From Candidatus Saccharimonadota bacterium (GTDB lineage Bacteria; Patescibacteriota; Saccharimonadia; Saccharimonadales; SZUA-47), in assembly GCA_016700315.1 (NCBI GenBank), contig CP065013.1, positions 129,449 to 193,448 on the forward strand: DNA of 64,000 bases, read 5' to 3'. The position numbers and the translations under genes are program-made. The stretch's first letter is position 1. The number at the start of each line of letters is the position of its first letter. Positions 52,499-61,214 of this stretch are shown here, one piece after another. The notes beneath the pieces are model-generated. The model was not told where the DNA came from and did no database searches. It worked only from the letters and a program-made list of their open reading frames with translations.

Positions 52499-53551
52499 CT
52501 AAACTAGCTCATAACGCTTTATAGGCCTGGGTCTATTGCCGGTAGCGAAAGTTAGTCTACTGGATAGGCGTCGGACACCAAGCGCAACTATTTTTTCAGT
52601 CATATTGTCGTGGCTAAGAGACCTGTTTAGCAGACAAGCCTTGGGAAAAGTTCCATACCCCTCAATCAGACTAGGTATAAGATTTGCTTCTAAAAAATTA
52701 GCGTTTCCAGCAGCATCCATACGGATATCCACCCTACCGTAATCTCTGCCACCCAAAGCTTGAAAGCAACTGAGTGCAAACTCACTAATGTATTTATGCT
52801 CTTCTACGTCAGTAACTACTAGAACTTTTTCCTGATCGCCAGTTTTAACATTTTGACCAAGTATCCGATGGCCTTTGGCTGTACGCGGAGCCACTAGTTC
52901 AACCGGCAAAGCCTCGTACTTTCCCAGAATAGAATTCATGAGGATTGCAACACTGAACTCTCTGCCGGTTAAGTATTCTTCAATCAAATAGCCTGATGGG
53001 AAGTCAGCCAAGATGCAGGCGCCACGAGCTTTGAGCTCTGACATATTGTTGACGACAGATTTTTCATCGATACCAGAACCCCCACCCGAGCAGGCTGGTT
53101 TGATAAAAAGCGGAAATCTCAAAGACTTAATTCGGCTATGGTCGAAGCTCGCTTTATCAACAAAGACCGATTTAGGCGTATCAATGTTGAAGGCAGAAAC
53201 CGCGCGTTTGGCCAAGTGCTTATGATGATCCAGCTTATGAGCTATTGCTTTTGAGCCGCAGTATTCAAGACCCTGTTTATCAAGATACTCCGACAGCCAG
53301 ATTCGCTCCGCATGCTCACCATATTCATAAATATATTTTAGCCCTAAAACTATAAGATCAGGTGCTCTCTGCGTCAACTTACTGAGGTCCTTGGCATTTG
53401 AAACTACAGTAAGCGATACCGTCCTGCAACATTTCTGCAAGGAAAGCAGTAGCGCATCCCGGGATCTTTTGCTCATAGAACTAAGCCCCACCACATCGGT
53501 ACAAACTAGCTCGACTTTGATATTGTGTTTTTTCATCTTTTTTTTCTCCAA
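52499..53551 (-). CDS. ATP-grasp ligase of the D-alanine--D-alanine ligase family (divergent)
   Basis: PLFIKPACSGGGSGI, EEYLTGREFSV and GRDYGRVDIRMDAAGNANFLEANLIPSL. Sits where ddl does in dcw clusters, next to ftsA-ftsZ. The N-domain lacks the usual GEDG motif. Confidence 0.6.
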   Translation of the reverse strand: MEKKKMKKHNIKVELVCTDVVGLSSMSKRSRDALLLSLQKCCRTVSLTVVSNAKDLSKLTQRAPDLIVLGLKYIYEYGEHAERIWLSEYLDKQGLEYCGSKAIAHKLDHHKHLAKRAVSAFNIDTPKSVFVDKASFDHSRIKSLRFPLFIKPACSGGGSGIDEKSVVNNMSELKARGACILADFPSGYLIEEYLTGREFSVAILMNSILGKYEALPVELVAPRTAKGHRILGQNVKTGDQEKVLVVTDVEEHKYISEFALSCFQALGGRDYGRVDIRMDAAGNANFLEANLIPSLIEGYGTFPKACLLNRSLSHDNMTEKIVALGVRRLSSRLTFATGNRPRPIKRYELV

Positions 53552-53671
53552 AAGTTTTTATTAATATTAAATAGCCGTGGCTCATTGGTGAGCTCTACTA
53601 CATACAATGATTTGAGATTTTTTCGTCGATGTTTAAATTACCGAAACCGTTGGATTAAGAGTCTAGAGTAG

Positions 53672-53737
53672 AAAATTATCTTTCGGATAAGGACTAAGCA
53701 CTCGCTTAGTCCAATTGTAGCATAAAAAACTACAATT
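53672..53737 (-). terminator. Three consecutive perfect hairpins 3' of map, the last followed by UUUU
   Basis: The minus strand reads AAUUGUAG-9nt-CUACAAUU, then GGACUAAGC-gagu-GCUUAGUCC, then UUAUC-cgaaa-GAUAA-UUUUC. Confidence 0.4.
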
Positions 53738-53901
53738 AGATATGCGTACTAGCGCAAAAGTGCATAGCTCGATGAACAAAAGAATAATAACTCTAAATTA
53801 TGGCCCGTACGGATAAGATGCCTTAGTGGACTTTAGGCTATCCCAAAACTCAGGCCTCGTGACTCATACCAAGCTAGGAGTTAAGGACTCACGACTGGTG
53901 G

Positions 53902-54657
53902 CTAGATTAAGCGAGTTAGGATCTCGTAGCCATCTTTGGTAATCAGAACTGTGTCCTCAAAATGAGCAGCCAAACTTCCATCGTAGGTTCTAATTGTCCA
54001 GTTGTCTCTATCCTGATAAACACGATGCGTTCCAAGCGTTGCCATAGGCTCAATCGCGATAGTCATACCGGCCTTTAGAATAGGGCCACGACCAGCTTGA
54101 CCGAAGTTTGGTATATTTGGGTCTTCATGAAGTTGGTGCCCGACGCCATGACCTACAAGATCACGAACTATACCTAAGTTTTGCGCCTCCAGAACTGATT
54201 GTACAGCAGCGGCGATATCACCAGTTTGGCAGCCAGCTATGACTCTGGCAATACCAGCGTCAAGTGCTTTTTGGGTAGTCTCAACCAAGGTTTTTACATC
54301 TTCATTTGAACTGCTTCCTACAATAACTGTTCTAGCGGCGTCAGTAATCATACCGTTGTAGTTGACACCGAAGTCTAGCCCAACTACATCACCATCTTGC
54401 AAAACATAATCTCCAGGGATACCGTGCACTACAGCGTCATTAACAGAGATACATAGGCCTGCCGGGAAGCCCTGATAGCCCTTAAAGGCCGGTTTGCCGC
54501 CAAGTTTTTTAAGATGGGCTTCAGCAAGCTCGTTGACCTCTAAGGTGGTCATACCGGCATGTGTTTGTCCTACCAAAAGATTCAATACCTCAGCTAACAT
54601 ACGCCCGCCGGTACGCATGTTTTCGATTTCATTTTTGGTTTTAACTTTGGTAAACAT
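53902..54657 (-). CDS. map: Methionine aminopeptidase, type I
   Basis: 251 aa. VVHGIPG, DxGxxxxGxxxDxxRT, GHGVGHQLHE, EPM and FEDT (the metal ligand set). Confidence 0.9.
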   Translation of the reverse strand: MFTKVKTKNEIENMRTGGRMLAEVLNLLVGQTHAGMTTLEVNELAEAHLKKLGGKPAFKGYQGFPAGLCISVNDAVVHGIPGDYVLQDGDVVGLDFGVNYNGMITDAARTVIVGSSSNEDVKTLVETTQKALDAGIARVIAGCQTGDIAAAVQSVLEAQNLGIVRDLVGHGVGHQLHEDPNIPNFGQAGRGPILKAGMTIAIEPMATLGTHRVYQDRDNWTIRTYDGSLAAHFEDTVLITKDGYEILTRLI

Positions 54658-54659
54658 TG

Positions 54660-55193
54660 TTATGAATACAACGCTTTAATAACTTCGGCATGTACTTCTT
54701 CGGGACTATTCTCAGCATTGATATGGTGGACTTTAATCCCCTTTTTCTCAAGACTATCTATAATCGGTAAGGTTACGGCGTTATACTCAGCAAAACGCTT
54801 GACGATTGACTCTTTAGTATCGTCTTGTCGTCCTCGGCTTAAAAGGCGCCGACTTACAACTTCTTCTGAAGCCTGCATGTGCAGGACGCAGGTTATCTCC
54901 ATTAGGCCAGCCTTGTGTTGGGCATATAGCCAATCAGCTTGATCGATTGTTCGAGGAAACCCATCCAGCAAGAACTCCTCTTTGACATCAATAATATGAA
55001 AAATTTTGTTTGCAAGCTCAATAATCTCTTTATCACTTAGTAATTTACCAGCTAGCATTTGTTTGCGGCGCTCGCCGACAACCAACATACGCAAAAACTC
55101 GCCTGTCGACAGCCAAGGTAGACCCTTCTCGTCTGCAAGGCGACGACCTTGAACGCTTTTACCAGCACCAGCAACACCCATAAGTAATATCAT
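54660..55193 (-). CDS. adk: Adenylate kinase (short form, no zinc lid)
   Basis: GVAGAGKSVQ P-loop, LSTGEFLR and LLDGFPRTIDQA. Shows the adk-map adjacency typical of bacteria. Confidence 0.8.
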   Translation of the reverse strand: MILLMGVAGAGKSVQGRRLADEKGLPWLSTGEFLRMLVVGERRKQMLAGKLLSDKEIIELANKIFHIIDVKEEFLLDGFPRTIDQADWLYAQHKAGLMEITCVLHMQASEEVVSRRLLSRGRQDDTKESIVKRFAEYNAVTLPIIDSLEKKGIKVHHINAENSPEEVHAEVIKALYS

Positions 55194-55648
55194 TATCGTA
55201 ATAACCTTTCTTTGACTAACTTTGCTATGGCACCACCATCAGCCGCAGGACCAACCTTGGCTTTGACAGCACTAATCACCTGCCCCATTGCCTGCATACT
55301 CGATAGCCCAGTTTCTTTTAAAACTTGATCTGTAATGCTACTTAACTCTTCGAGGCTAATTGCAACCGGCAAATACTCTTCTATTATTGTCCGCTCCGTC
55401 AGCTCTTTGTCGGCTCGCTCTTGACTGCCGCCTTGAATGTATAGCTGTGCGCTCTCACTACGTTTCTTGGCTTCTTTTTGGAAAAGTTTGATTATCTCAT
55501 CATCACTTAAGCCTTCATCCCTCTTACCGGTGGCTACTTCTGCATAAAGTATGGCGCTTTTTAGACCTTTAATCACATCGCTGCGCGCTGAATCGCGCGC
55601 CAACATCGCCTGCTTTAAATCTTGCTGCAGTTTATCCTTCAAACTCAT
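55193..55648 (-). CDS. GatB/YqeY domain protein
   Basis: MSLKDKLQQDLKQAMLARDSARSDVIKGLKSAI...EEYLP... matches the YqeY pattern. 151 aa. Confidence 0.8.
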   Translation of the reverse strand: MSLKDKLQQDLKQAMLARDSARSDVIKGLKSAILYAEVATGKRDEGLSDDEIIKLFQKEAKKRSESAQLYIQGGSQERADKELTERTIIEEYLPVAISLEELSSITDQVLKETGLSSMQAMGQVISAVKAKVGPAADGGAIAKLVKERLLR

Positions 55649-55713
55649 AACAAAACTAGCTTAACAGATTTAAGAGAGAAAAGACATAGTTAAAAACAGT
55701 CTTTATCAAAACC

Positions 55714-55750
55714 ACAAAAAATAGGTTCACGCAACTTAAGTACGTGAACC
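55714..55750 (-). terminator. Rho-independent terminator after rpsU
   Basis: GGUUCACG-11nt-CGUGAACC followed by UAUUUUUUG. Confidence 0.7.
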
Positions 55751-55772
55751 CAGAGCCAATAGATCTAAAAGA

Positions 55773-55991
55773 CTACTGCTTTTTACCCATTTTAAGGGCG
55801 GTCATTTTGTCAGCTTTGCGAGCTCGGCGAACGATTGCCTTGCGGCGTCGCTCACGCTTACTCAAAGGCTTCTCAAAATACTGGATCATCTTGACTTCTG
55901 CCAAGACACCAGATTGCTGCACTTTACGCGTAAAACGACGAAGTACACTTTCAGACGGCTCTTTAGGGTCTTTTCTACTTACTTGAATCAT
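55773..55991 (-). CDS. rpsU: 30S ribosomal protein S21
   Basis: SESVLRRFTRKVQQSGVLAEVK...KPLSKRERRRKA matches the S21 pattern. 72 aa. Confidence 0.85.
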   Translation of the reverse strand: MIQVSRKDPKEPSESVLRRFTRKVQQSGVLAEVKMIQYFEKPLSKRERRRKAIVRRARKADKMTALKMGKKQ

Positions 55992-55998
55992 AGGTGTT

Positions 55999-56027
55999 AT
56001 TTTAACTTAAGACTGATAATTTTACAA
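55999..56027 (-). promoter_or_regulatory. Sigma70-type promoter of rpsU, leaderless geometry
   Basis: -35 TTGTAA (56022-56027), 17-nt spacer, -10 TAAAAT (55999-56004), and the ATG 7 nt downstream. No SD. Confidence 0.5.
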
Positions 56028-56180
56028 TACTTGGACCCGAGTTTTTGTGATAGCAGTATCTAGTAAGGCTTGGACCCCATAAAATTCCTTTGTCCCACGA
56101 CGCAAGACGCCCGTAGCTTCTTGGTTAATACTGTAGGTAGTGACTTGCCTTGAATCATTAGCGCTGCCTAGTGGCAATCT

Positions 56181-56618
56181 CTATTCTAGGACAGTATCTA
56201 ACACTCCGAGTAAGCCGAGCACAGACAAGCTGGCATCTATTTCCTCAACTTTTAAGCCTAAGAATGACTTCACATCAACCGAAGCAGCTCCATGACCAAA
56301 TTCCTTGCCACCAATTTGCTCGACAACCCATGAAACACAAGCAACTACACCAAAACATAACGCCTTGTACTTATATGATGATAGCCGGGGCAGTCTATGA
56401 TCATAAAGTGATCGATATATTCTGTAGTTTTCTGTTAGGAAATTACGCCTTTCTTTTGTGATATCGATAAAATTGTCTGAGACCTTCTCTGCTTCATTGC
56501 CCGACCATGATGGGACCAAGTTTGCGCTACTATCCCTCCTTACAGTCGGTATTTCGACAGCCGAGCTTTGTAGAAGTTTTTCAAAGGACAAATTTAACAG
56601 TTCAGTTCTGGTAGACAT
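56181..56618 (-). CDS. Hypothetical protein (145 aa; contains RSLYDH, an Rx4H pattern)
   Basis: ORF 18 nt downstream of the wHTH gene on the same strand. I recognise no family. Confidence 0.45.
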   Translation of the reverse strand: MSTRTELLNLSFEKLLQSSAVEIPTVRRDSSANLVPSWSGNEAEKVSDNFIDITKERRNFLTENYRIYRSLYDHRLPRLSSYKYKALCFGVVACVSWVVEQIGGKEFGHGAASVDVKSFLGLKVEEIDASLSVLGLLGVLDTVLE

Positions 56619-56636
56619 ATTAGCTTTCTAATTAGC

Positions 56637-56921
56637 CTACTGGGACTTACGTTGATTAGTGCGCTGGCTTTTTAGGACAATACTTTGTAGTTCTTTGAAA
56701 ATAAGGAAGTGCTTATTGGTGTGGTAGACCTTGGTATTACCCTGCTTTTCACTAAGCAAGAAACCGACTTTTTCTAGTCTTTTGAGCTCGCGCTGGATGT
56801 TGCCAGCATCTTCTTTGATAAGCTTAGCTAAACCACGAACATGGGTTTTGAAGTCAGGATATTTAGCATAAACCACAACGATTTTGCGTCTAACTCTTGA
56901 GGTGATAAATGTATCAAGCAT
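56637..56921 (-). CDS. Winged-helix (ArsR/MarR-like) DNA-binding protein
   Basis: VRGLAKLIKEDAGNIQRELKRLEKVGFLLSEKQGNTKVY shows the helix-turn-helix plus wing pattern. 94 aa. Confidence 0.6.
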   Translation of the reverse strand: MLDTFITSRVRRKIVVVYAKYPDFKTHVRGLAKLIKEDAGNIQRELKRLEKVGFLLSEKQGNTKVYHTNKHFLIFKELQSIVLKSQRTNQRKSQ

Positions 56922-56982
56922 AAGTCTTTTGTTGTTACTCCAACAACTAGTATAACTACTGGCTATTAAATTTGCAAAGATT

Positions 56983-58053
56983 TGTGGAGGTTCACTACAT
57001 CGAGGACAACTCTATCTCTAGTTTGGACCTATACTCGTTTGGTGTCAAATAGCCTAGGGATTGGTGAGGTCTGTAATCATGATACTTGTCCAGCCAGGTG
57101 TTTATGATGTCCTGCTGATCTTTGATGTCTATGGCTAGGCCACCCCACTGGATGCACTCCCTTTCAAGAGTTCCAATAAACCTCTCAACGTGTGGTTTGT
57201 CTTTAGGTGTTCTGGGTCTAGCCCAATAGTGTTCGGTGGTCTGAGTGCTTAGGAGAGCAGTAAACGCACCCATGTTCTCGCTCCCGTTGTCGGTTAGCAC
57301 CGCATCAGGCAACCCTAGCTTATGGACTGCCTTACGCCAAGCAAGCGCTCCCTGAGCGCTTGAGATTGTTGAACTGACATGGACAGCCACCTGCTTGGAG
57401 ACTACATCAATAGCTACGAAGCCATAGCGTTTTGCGCCTATGCTAGGTAGATGTTTTACATCTACCTCGATTAGTTGTCCTGGCTTTACTGCCTTGAACC
57501 CAGTGGGCTTACGCCGCTTCTTGAGGCTAGCTAGCCTCCGAGGATGGTTCTTGGGCTTAACTGGAGGAGCAAAGAAAAGCTTGTAGTGAGTTGTGATACG
57601 GCCAATGGTGGAGGCGCTCAGAGAATAGCCGTAGTCTCGTTTTAGGATTGTCTGTAGTTTGTACTTTGAATACTCTGGGTTGGCTTTTCTGAGTGCTTTT
57701 ACAAGCGACACAACTTCACTAGGCACAAGACTGCAGCGCGTATTCTTTGGTTTGGTACTAACGGTCTCCAGTCCACTTAAGCCCAAAGAATTAAATCTGT
57801 TTAACCATTTGTAGAAACAACTCCTAACTATACCAAAGTGTCGACACGTCAAAGAAGCATTCTTTTCGTGTCCAAGATAGTAGTCGACCCACTTTAACCT
57901 GACCTTAGCTTCCTTGGACAAACTCACTGTTTCCTGGACTCTACTAAGTCCTGGAAACATAGCACCTATCCGAGTATGAACCCCGGTACTTCTACTCATA
58001 AAGACTCCTCTAGATTTATTCTAGAGTGTTCTCGATGTGTTTGAACCTAGACA
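56983..58053 (-). mobile_element. Complete IS481-family insertion sequence (1,071 bp) with 5-bp target site duplication
   Basis: Imperfect ~30-bp terminal inverted repeats: TGTGGAGGTTCACTACATCGAGGACAACTC and the reverse complement TGTCTAGGTTCAAACACATCGAGAACACTC. Both ends are flanked by AGATT (56978-56982 and 58054-58058). Confidence 0.8.
56995..57999 (-). CDS. IS481-family DDE transposase (HTH plus rve integrase core)
   Basis: IEVDVKHL..., VLTDNGSENMG and HVERFIGTLERE (the D, D and E residues), plus YHDYRPHQSLGYLTPNEY. Confidence 0.85.
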   Translation of the reverse strand: MSRSTGVHTRIGAMFPGLSRVQETVSLSKEAKVRLKWVDYYLGHEKNASLTCRHFGIVRSCFYKWLNRFNSLGLSGLETVSTKPKNTRCSLVPSEVVSLVKALRKANPEYSKYKLQTILKRDYGYSLSASTIGRITTHYKLFFAPPVKPKNHPRRLASLKKRRKPTGFKAVKPGQLIEVDVKHLPSIGAKRYGFVAIDVVSKQVAVHVSSTISSAQGALAWRKAVHKLGLPDAVLTDNGSENMGAFTALLSTQTTEHYWARPRTPKDKPHVERFIGTLERECIQWGGLAIDIKDQQDIINTWLDKYHDYRPHQSLGYLTPNEYRSKLEIELSSM

Positions 58054-58098
58054 AGATTTTTTTGTTTACTTCTTCAGCATTGTAACGCTTGCGAAGTT

Positions 58099-58127
58099 TT
58101 GAGTATTAATTAGATTACCGATATAAT
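58099..58127 (+). promoter_or_regulatory. Sigma70-type promoter of the 58137 gene
   Basis: -35 TTGAGT (58099-58104), 17-nt spacer, -10 TATAAT (58122-58127), and the ATG 9 nt downstream, giving a near-leaderless transcript. The IS end lies 45 bp upstream. Confidence 0.5.
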
Positions 58128-58136
58128 GCTTAAGCT

Positions 58137-58580
58137 ATGACTGCTTCGGTTCACGGATTAACAGGTATGGTTATTGGCGCTCTGTTGCCGCCATACTTTG
58201 CGGTGCCTCTGGCGTTCATATCGCACTTCGTTTACGACTCACTGCCACACTACGGCATCTCAGAGAAATCCAGAGACAAATCAAGAAAGTATAAAACAAT
58301 CGTTACATTCGATACGCTTTTCGCGCTTAGCTTCGCTGCGATATCAGCCTACCTTAATAAATGGTCTATGTTTTGGGTTGGCTGGGTCGCCTACTCACCA
58401 GACTTTATGTGGGTATACGAATACTTCACAAACAACAAAAAGTTATATATGAAGCCAAGAAGTGCTTTCGCCAAATTTCATAAAAGAATTCAGAAACACG
58501 AACGACCTAGCGGGATATACATCGAGATTGCCATACTACTAATGCTACTGCCTCTAGTAATTCATCTTCTGTCAAAATAG
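58137..58580 (+). CDS. Hypothetical integral membrane protein (3-4 TM helices)
   Basis: 147 aa with hydrophobic segments GLTGMVIGALLPPYFAVPLAFI, FDTLFALSFAAISAYL and IYIEIAILLMLLPLVIHLL. Confidence 0.55.
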   Translation: MTASVHGLTGMVIGALLPPYFAVPLAFISHFVYDSLPHYGISEKSRDKSRKYKTIVTFDTLFALSFAAISAYLNKWSMFWVGWVAYSPDFMWVYEYFTNNKKLYMKPRSAFAKFHKRIQKHERPSGIYIEIAILLMLLPLVIHLLSK

Positions 58581-58639
58581 AAACTATTTAATTGGTACGT
58601 TCTTAGCGACTTACAACCTCTCCCTGCTAATATTGAACT

Positions 58640-60577
58640 ATGTACTACGATGTGGAGACACTGATTCAGTTTGCTGGAAAATCTAGTATATTTACCTATT
58701 CATCAGGTAATGAAATCGCTGTTAACACCCTTGTGGCCTTGCCTTTTGGTAAAAAACTAATTCCTGGGGTGGTGCTCCGACAGAACCCTAAGGCTCCAAG
58801 CTTTGAGGCAAAAGAAATAACTAATCTCGAAAAAACCATTGTACTTGGCGAGAGATTCTTGGACTTTGCTCGCTGGTTCAAGTCCTATTACGCATTTAAA
58901 AGCGATGAATTGTCTCCACTTTTTTTACCAAACTACCTGCTTACTAGAGCAAAAAAAGAGATTTTAGGTAAAACTGCCCCAACATCTAAAATCCAAGATC
59001 AGCCACCACTAACTAAAGCTCAGCTATCAGCTCTAAAATCAATAGAAAAATCGAAAGCGCCAATAATATTGGAGGGTGTAGTAGGTAGCGGCAAAACAAG
59101 AATCTATTTTGAAGCGGCTCAGAAAACACTTGATGCAGGCAAAAGTGTGCTAATTTTATCGCCCGAAATACCTCTCAGTGAGCACCTTTACAAGAGAGCG
59201 CTGAACTTTTTTGGTTCTAATAGAGTTGTGAATTACCACTCGGAGATGAGTGCTGCTGTTAGACGTTCCATTTGGCAAAAAATAGCAAGCAACCAAGAAC
59301 CACTGGTGCTGATTGGCCCACGTTCTGCCCTGTTTTTGCCTGTCAAAGATTATGGTCTGATTTGCGTAGACGAGTTCCACGAAAACGCATACAAACAGCT
59401 CGATGGGATACACTATCATGCAAATGACGTAAGTGCCGCGCTTGCCAAAATTCACGGTGCAAAAATTATCTATGGCAGCGCGACTCCACCGATTCGTGAA
59501 TACTACTTTAGTGTTGTTAAAAAGTATACAAATATAAAACTCAATCTGCTGGCAACCGGCAATAATACGAAAAGACAGATAGAAATTATCGATCAAAAAG
59601 ATCGAAAAGACTTTACTAAAAACCCATACCTGAGCAACAAAGTAGTTCAGTCGATTGCAAATGCGTTGTCACATAAACATCAAGTTATGGTTTTACATAA
59701 CCGGCGTGGGAGTGCTAGGCTGGTACTATGTGAGAGTTGTGCTTGGAAATTCGAGTGCCCGAAATGCGATAATAATCTGGTTTATCACCAGGACAAAAAT
59801 AAGGCGATCTGCCATACCTGTGGCTATAGTTCAAGACTGCCAGTTGTCTGTCCTGACTGTGGTAGTAGTGAGATACTACTTAAAAGCTTAGGCACTAAGT
59901 CTCTAGCTGCTGAGGTTAGCCGGATTTTTCCTGACTACAAGGTAGCAAGATTTGACTCTGATAACAGTAAACAAGACAGCCTTAGTAGTAGACTAAATGA
60001 GCTAGAAGACGGGCAGATAGATATTTTAGTTGGGACACAACTACTAGCTAAAGGCTTGGACCTACCTAAACTAGGCTTGGTTGTAATTACTTCTGCCGAT
60101 AGCCTACTTCAGCTACCTGATTTCGCCAGTAGTGAAAGACTATACCAATTAATCGCCCAGGCTAGCGGACGGGTAGGACGAGGCCACACCGATGGTCTCT
60201 GCATAATTCAGACTTACCAACCAGATCATGTGGCCTTTACTATGCTCCGTGGTGCTGATTGGAGAGGTTTTTATGAGGCCGAGCTAGTCGAGAGACGGCT
60301 GCATGACTACCCACCATATACTTTTATGCTAAAACTATCGGCCAGAAGAAAAACTGAATCAGGTGCAGACAAGGCTGCTTCGACACTCGCGGATTCACTC
60401 AAAAAGACTAAGGGTGTAGTCGTACTGGGCCCAGCTCCAGGCCTAAAAGCTAAAGAGAACAATCAATACATTCGTCAGATAATCGTCAAATCTAGGGATA
60501 GAAAAAAACTACTAGCGATTGCTTGGGCTTTACCGGCTGGATGGACGGCTGATCTGGACCCGACTAGCTTGTTGTGA
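58640..60577 (+). CDS. priA: Primosomal protein N' (replication restart helicase PriA)
   Basis: GVVGSGKTRIY (Walker A), DEFHE, and the Cys-rich insert CESCAWKFECPKCDNNLVYHQDKNKAICHTCGYSSRLPVVCPDCGS. Confidence 0.9.
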   Translation: MYYDVETLIQFAGKSSIFTYSSGNEIAVNTLVALPFGKKLIPGVVLRQNPKAPSFEAKEITNLEKTIVLGERFLDFARWFKSYYAFKSDELSPLFLPNYLLTRAKKEILGKTAPTSKIQDQPPLTKAQLSALKSIEKSKAPIILEGVVGSGKTRIYFEAAQKTLDAGKSVLILSPEIPLSEHLYKRALNFFGSNRVVNYHSEMSAAVRRSIWQKIASNQEPLVLIGPRSALFLPVKDYGLICVDEFHENAYKQLDGIHYHANDVSAALAKIHGAKIIYGSATPPIREYYFSVVKKYTNIKLNLLATGNNTKRQIEIIDQKDRKDFTKNPYLSNKVVQSIANALSHKHQVMVLHNRRGSARLVLCESCAWKFECPKCDNNLVYHQDKNKAICHTCGYSSRLPVVCPDCGSSEILLKSLGTKSLAAEVSRIFPDYKVARFDSDNSKQDSLSSRLNELEDGQIDILVGTQLLAKGLDLPKLGLVVITSADSLLQLPDFASSERLYQLIAQASGRVGRGHTDGLCIIQTYQPDHVAFTMLRGADWRGFYEAELVERRLHDYPPYTFMLKLSARRKTESGADKAASTLADSLKKTKGVVVLGPAPGLKAKENNQYIRQIIVKSRDRKKLLAIAWALPAGWTADLDPTSLL

Positions 60578-60605
60578 ATTGTTTCACGACTAGTTTTAGT
60601 TGCTT

Positions 60606-60634
60606 TTGCTAGGGGTAGAAGCTTGAGTTATACT
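60606..60634 (+). promoter_or_regulatory. Sigma70-type promoter of def-fmt, leaderless geometry
   Basis: -35 TTGCTA (60606-60611), 17-nt spacer, -10 TATACT (60629-60634), and the ATG 7 nt downstream (60642). Confidence 0.5.
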
Positions 60635-60641
60635 AAAACGA

Positions 60642-61211
60642 ATGGCCGATATCATTACTTTGCCCAACAAACACTTAAGACAGCGCTCTAAAAAAGTTGC
60701 AGTCATTAGTGATGACATAACAAAGTTGATTGCCGATATGGAAGCCGCTACCTTGGCCTGGGAAGACAGCCGAGAACATGAAGTTGGCGTGGCGCTCGCG
60801 GCTGTTCAGATCGACAGTCTTACTAGAGTGGTGATTATCCGCGAGGACTTTAATGACAAAGAGAATCGAAACTTTGAAGTTTTCATCAATCCAGAGATCG
60901 TAAAATACGAGGGAGTTCTGAAAGAAGATTTTGAGGGCTGTCTGAGTATTCGCGACGTTTACGGCAAAGTTACTCGACATAGCAAAGTACGGATCAAAGC
61001 ACTTGATCGTAATGGCAAACCGATCCGCTTAAAAGCCGAGGGGTTCCTAGCTCGGGTATTCCAGCACGAGATAGACCATACCAACGGTGTAGTATTCATT
61101 GATCATATAAAAGATAACGCAGAGGCTTTTTACAAACTTGACCGTAAGGGCCACCTTGAACCGCTGAATTATGATGCCAGCATAAAAGGCAACAAAGAGC
61201 TTTGGGGTTAA
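60642..61211 (+). CDS. def: Peptide deformylase
   Basis: GVALAAVQID, EGCLSI and QHEIDHTNG, the three PDF motifs. Confidence 0.9.
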   Translation: MADIITLPNKHLRQRSKKVAVISDDITKLIADMEAATLAWEDSREHEVGVALAAVQIDSLTRVVIIREDFNDKENRNFEVFINPEIVKYEGVLKEDFEGCLSIRDVYGKVTRHSKVRIKALDRNGKPIRLKAEGFLARVFQHEIDHTNGVVFIDHIKDNAEAFYKLDRKGHLEPLNYDASIKGNKELWG

Positions 61212-61214
61212 ATC

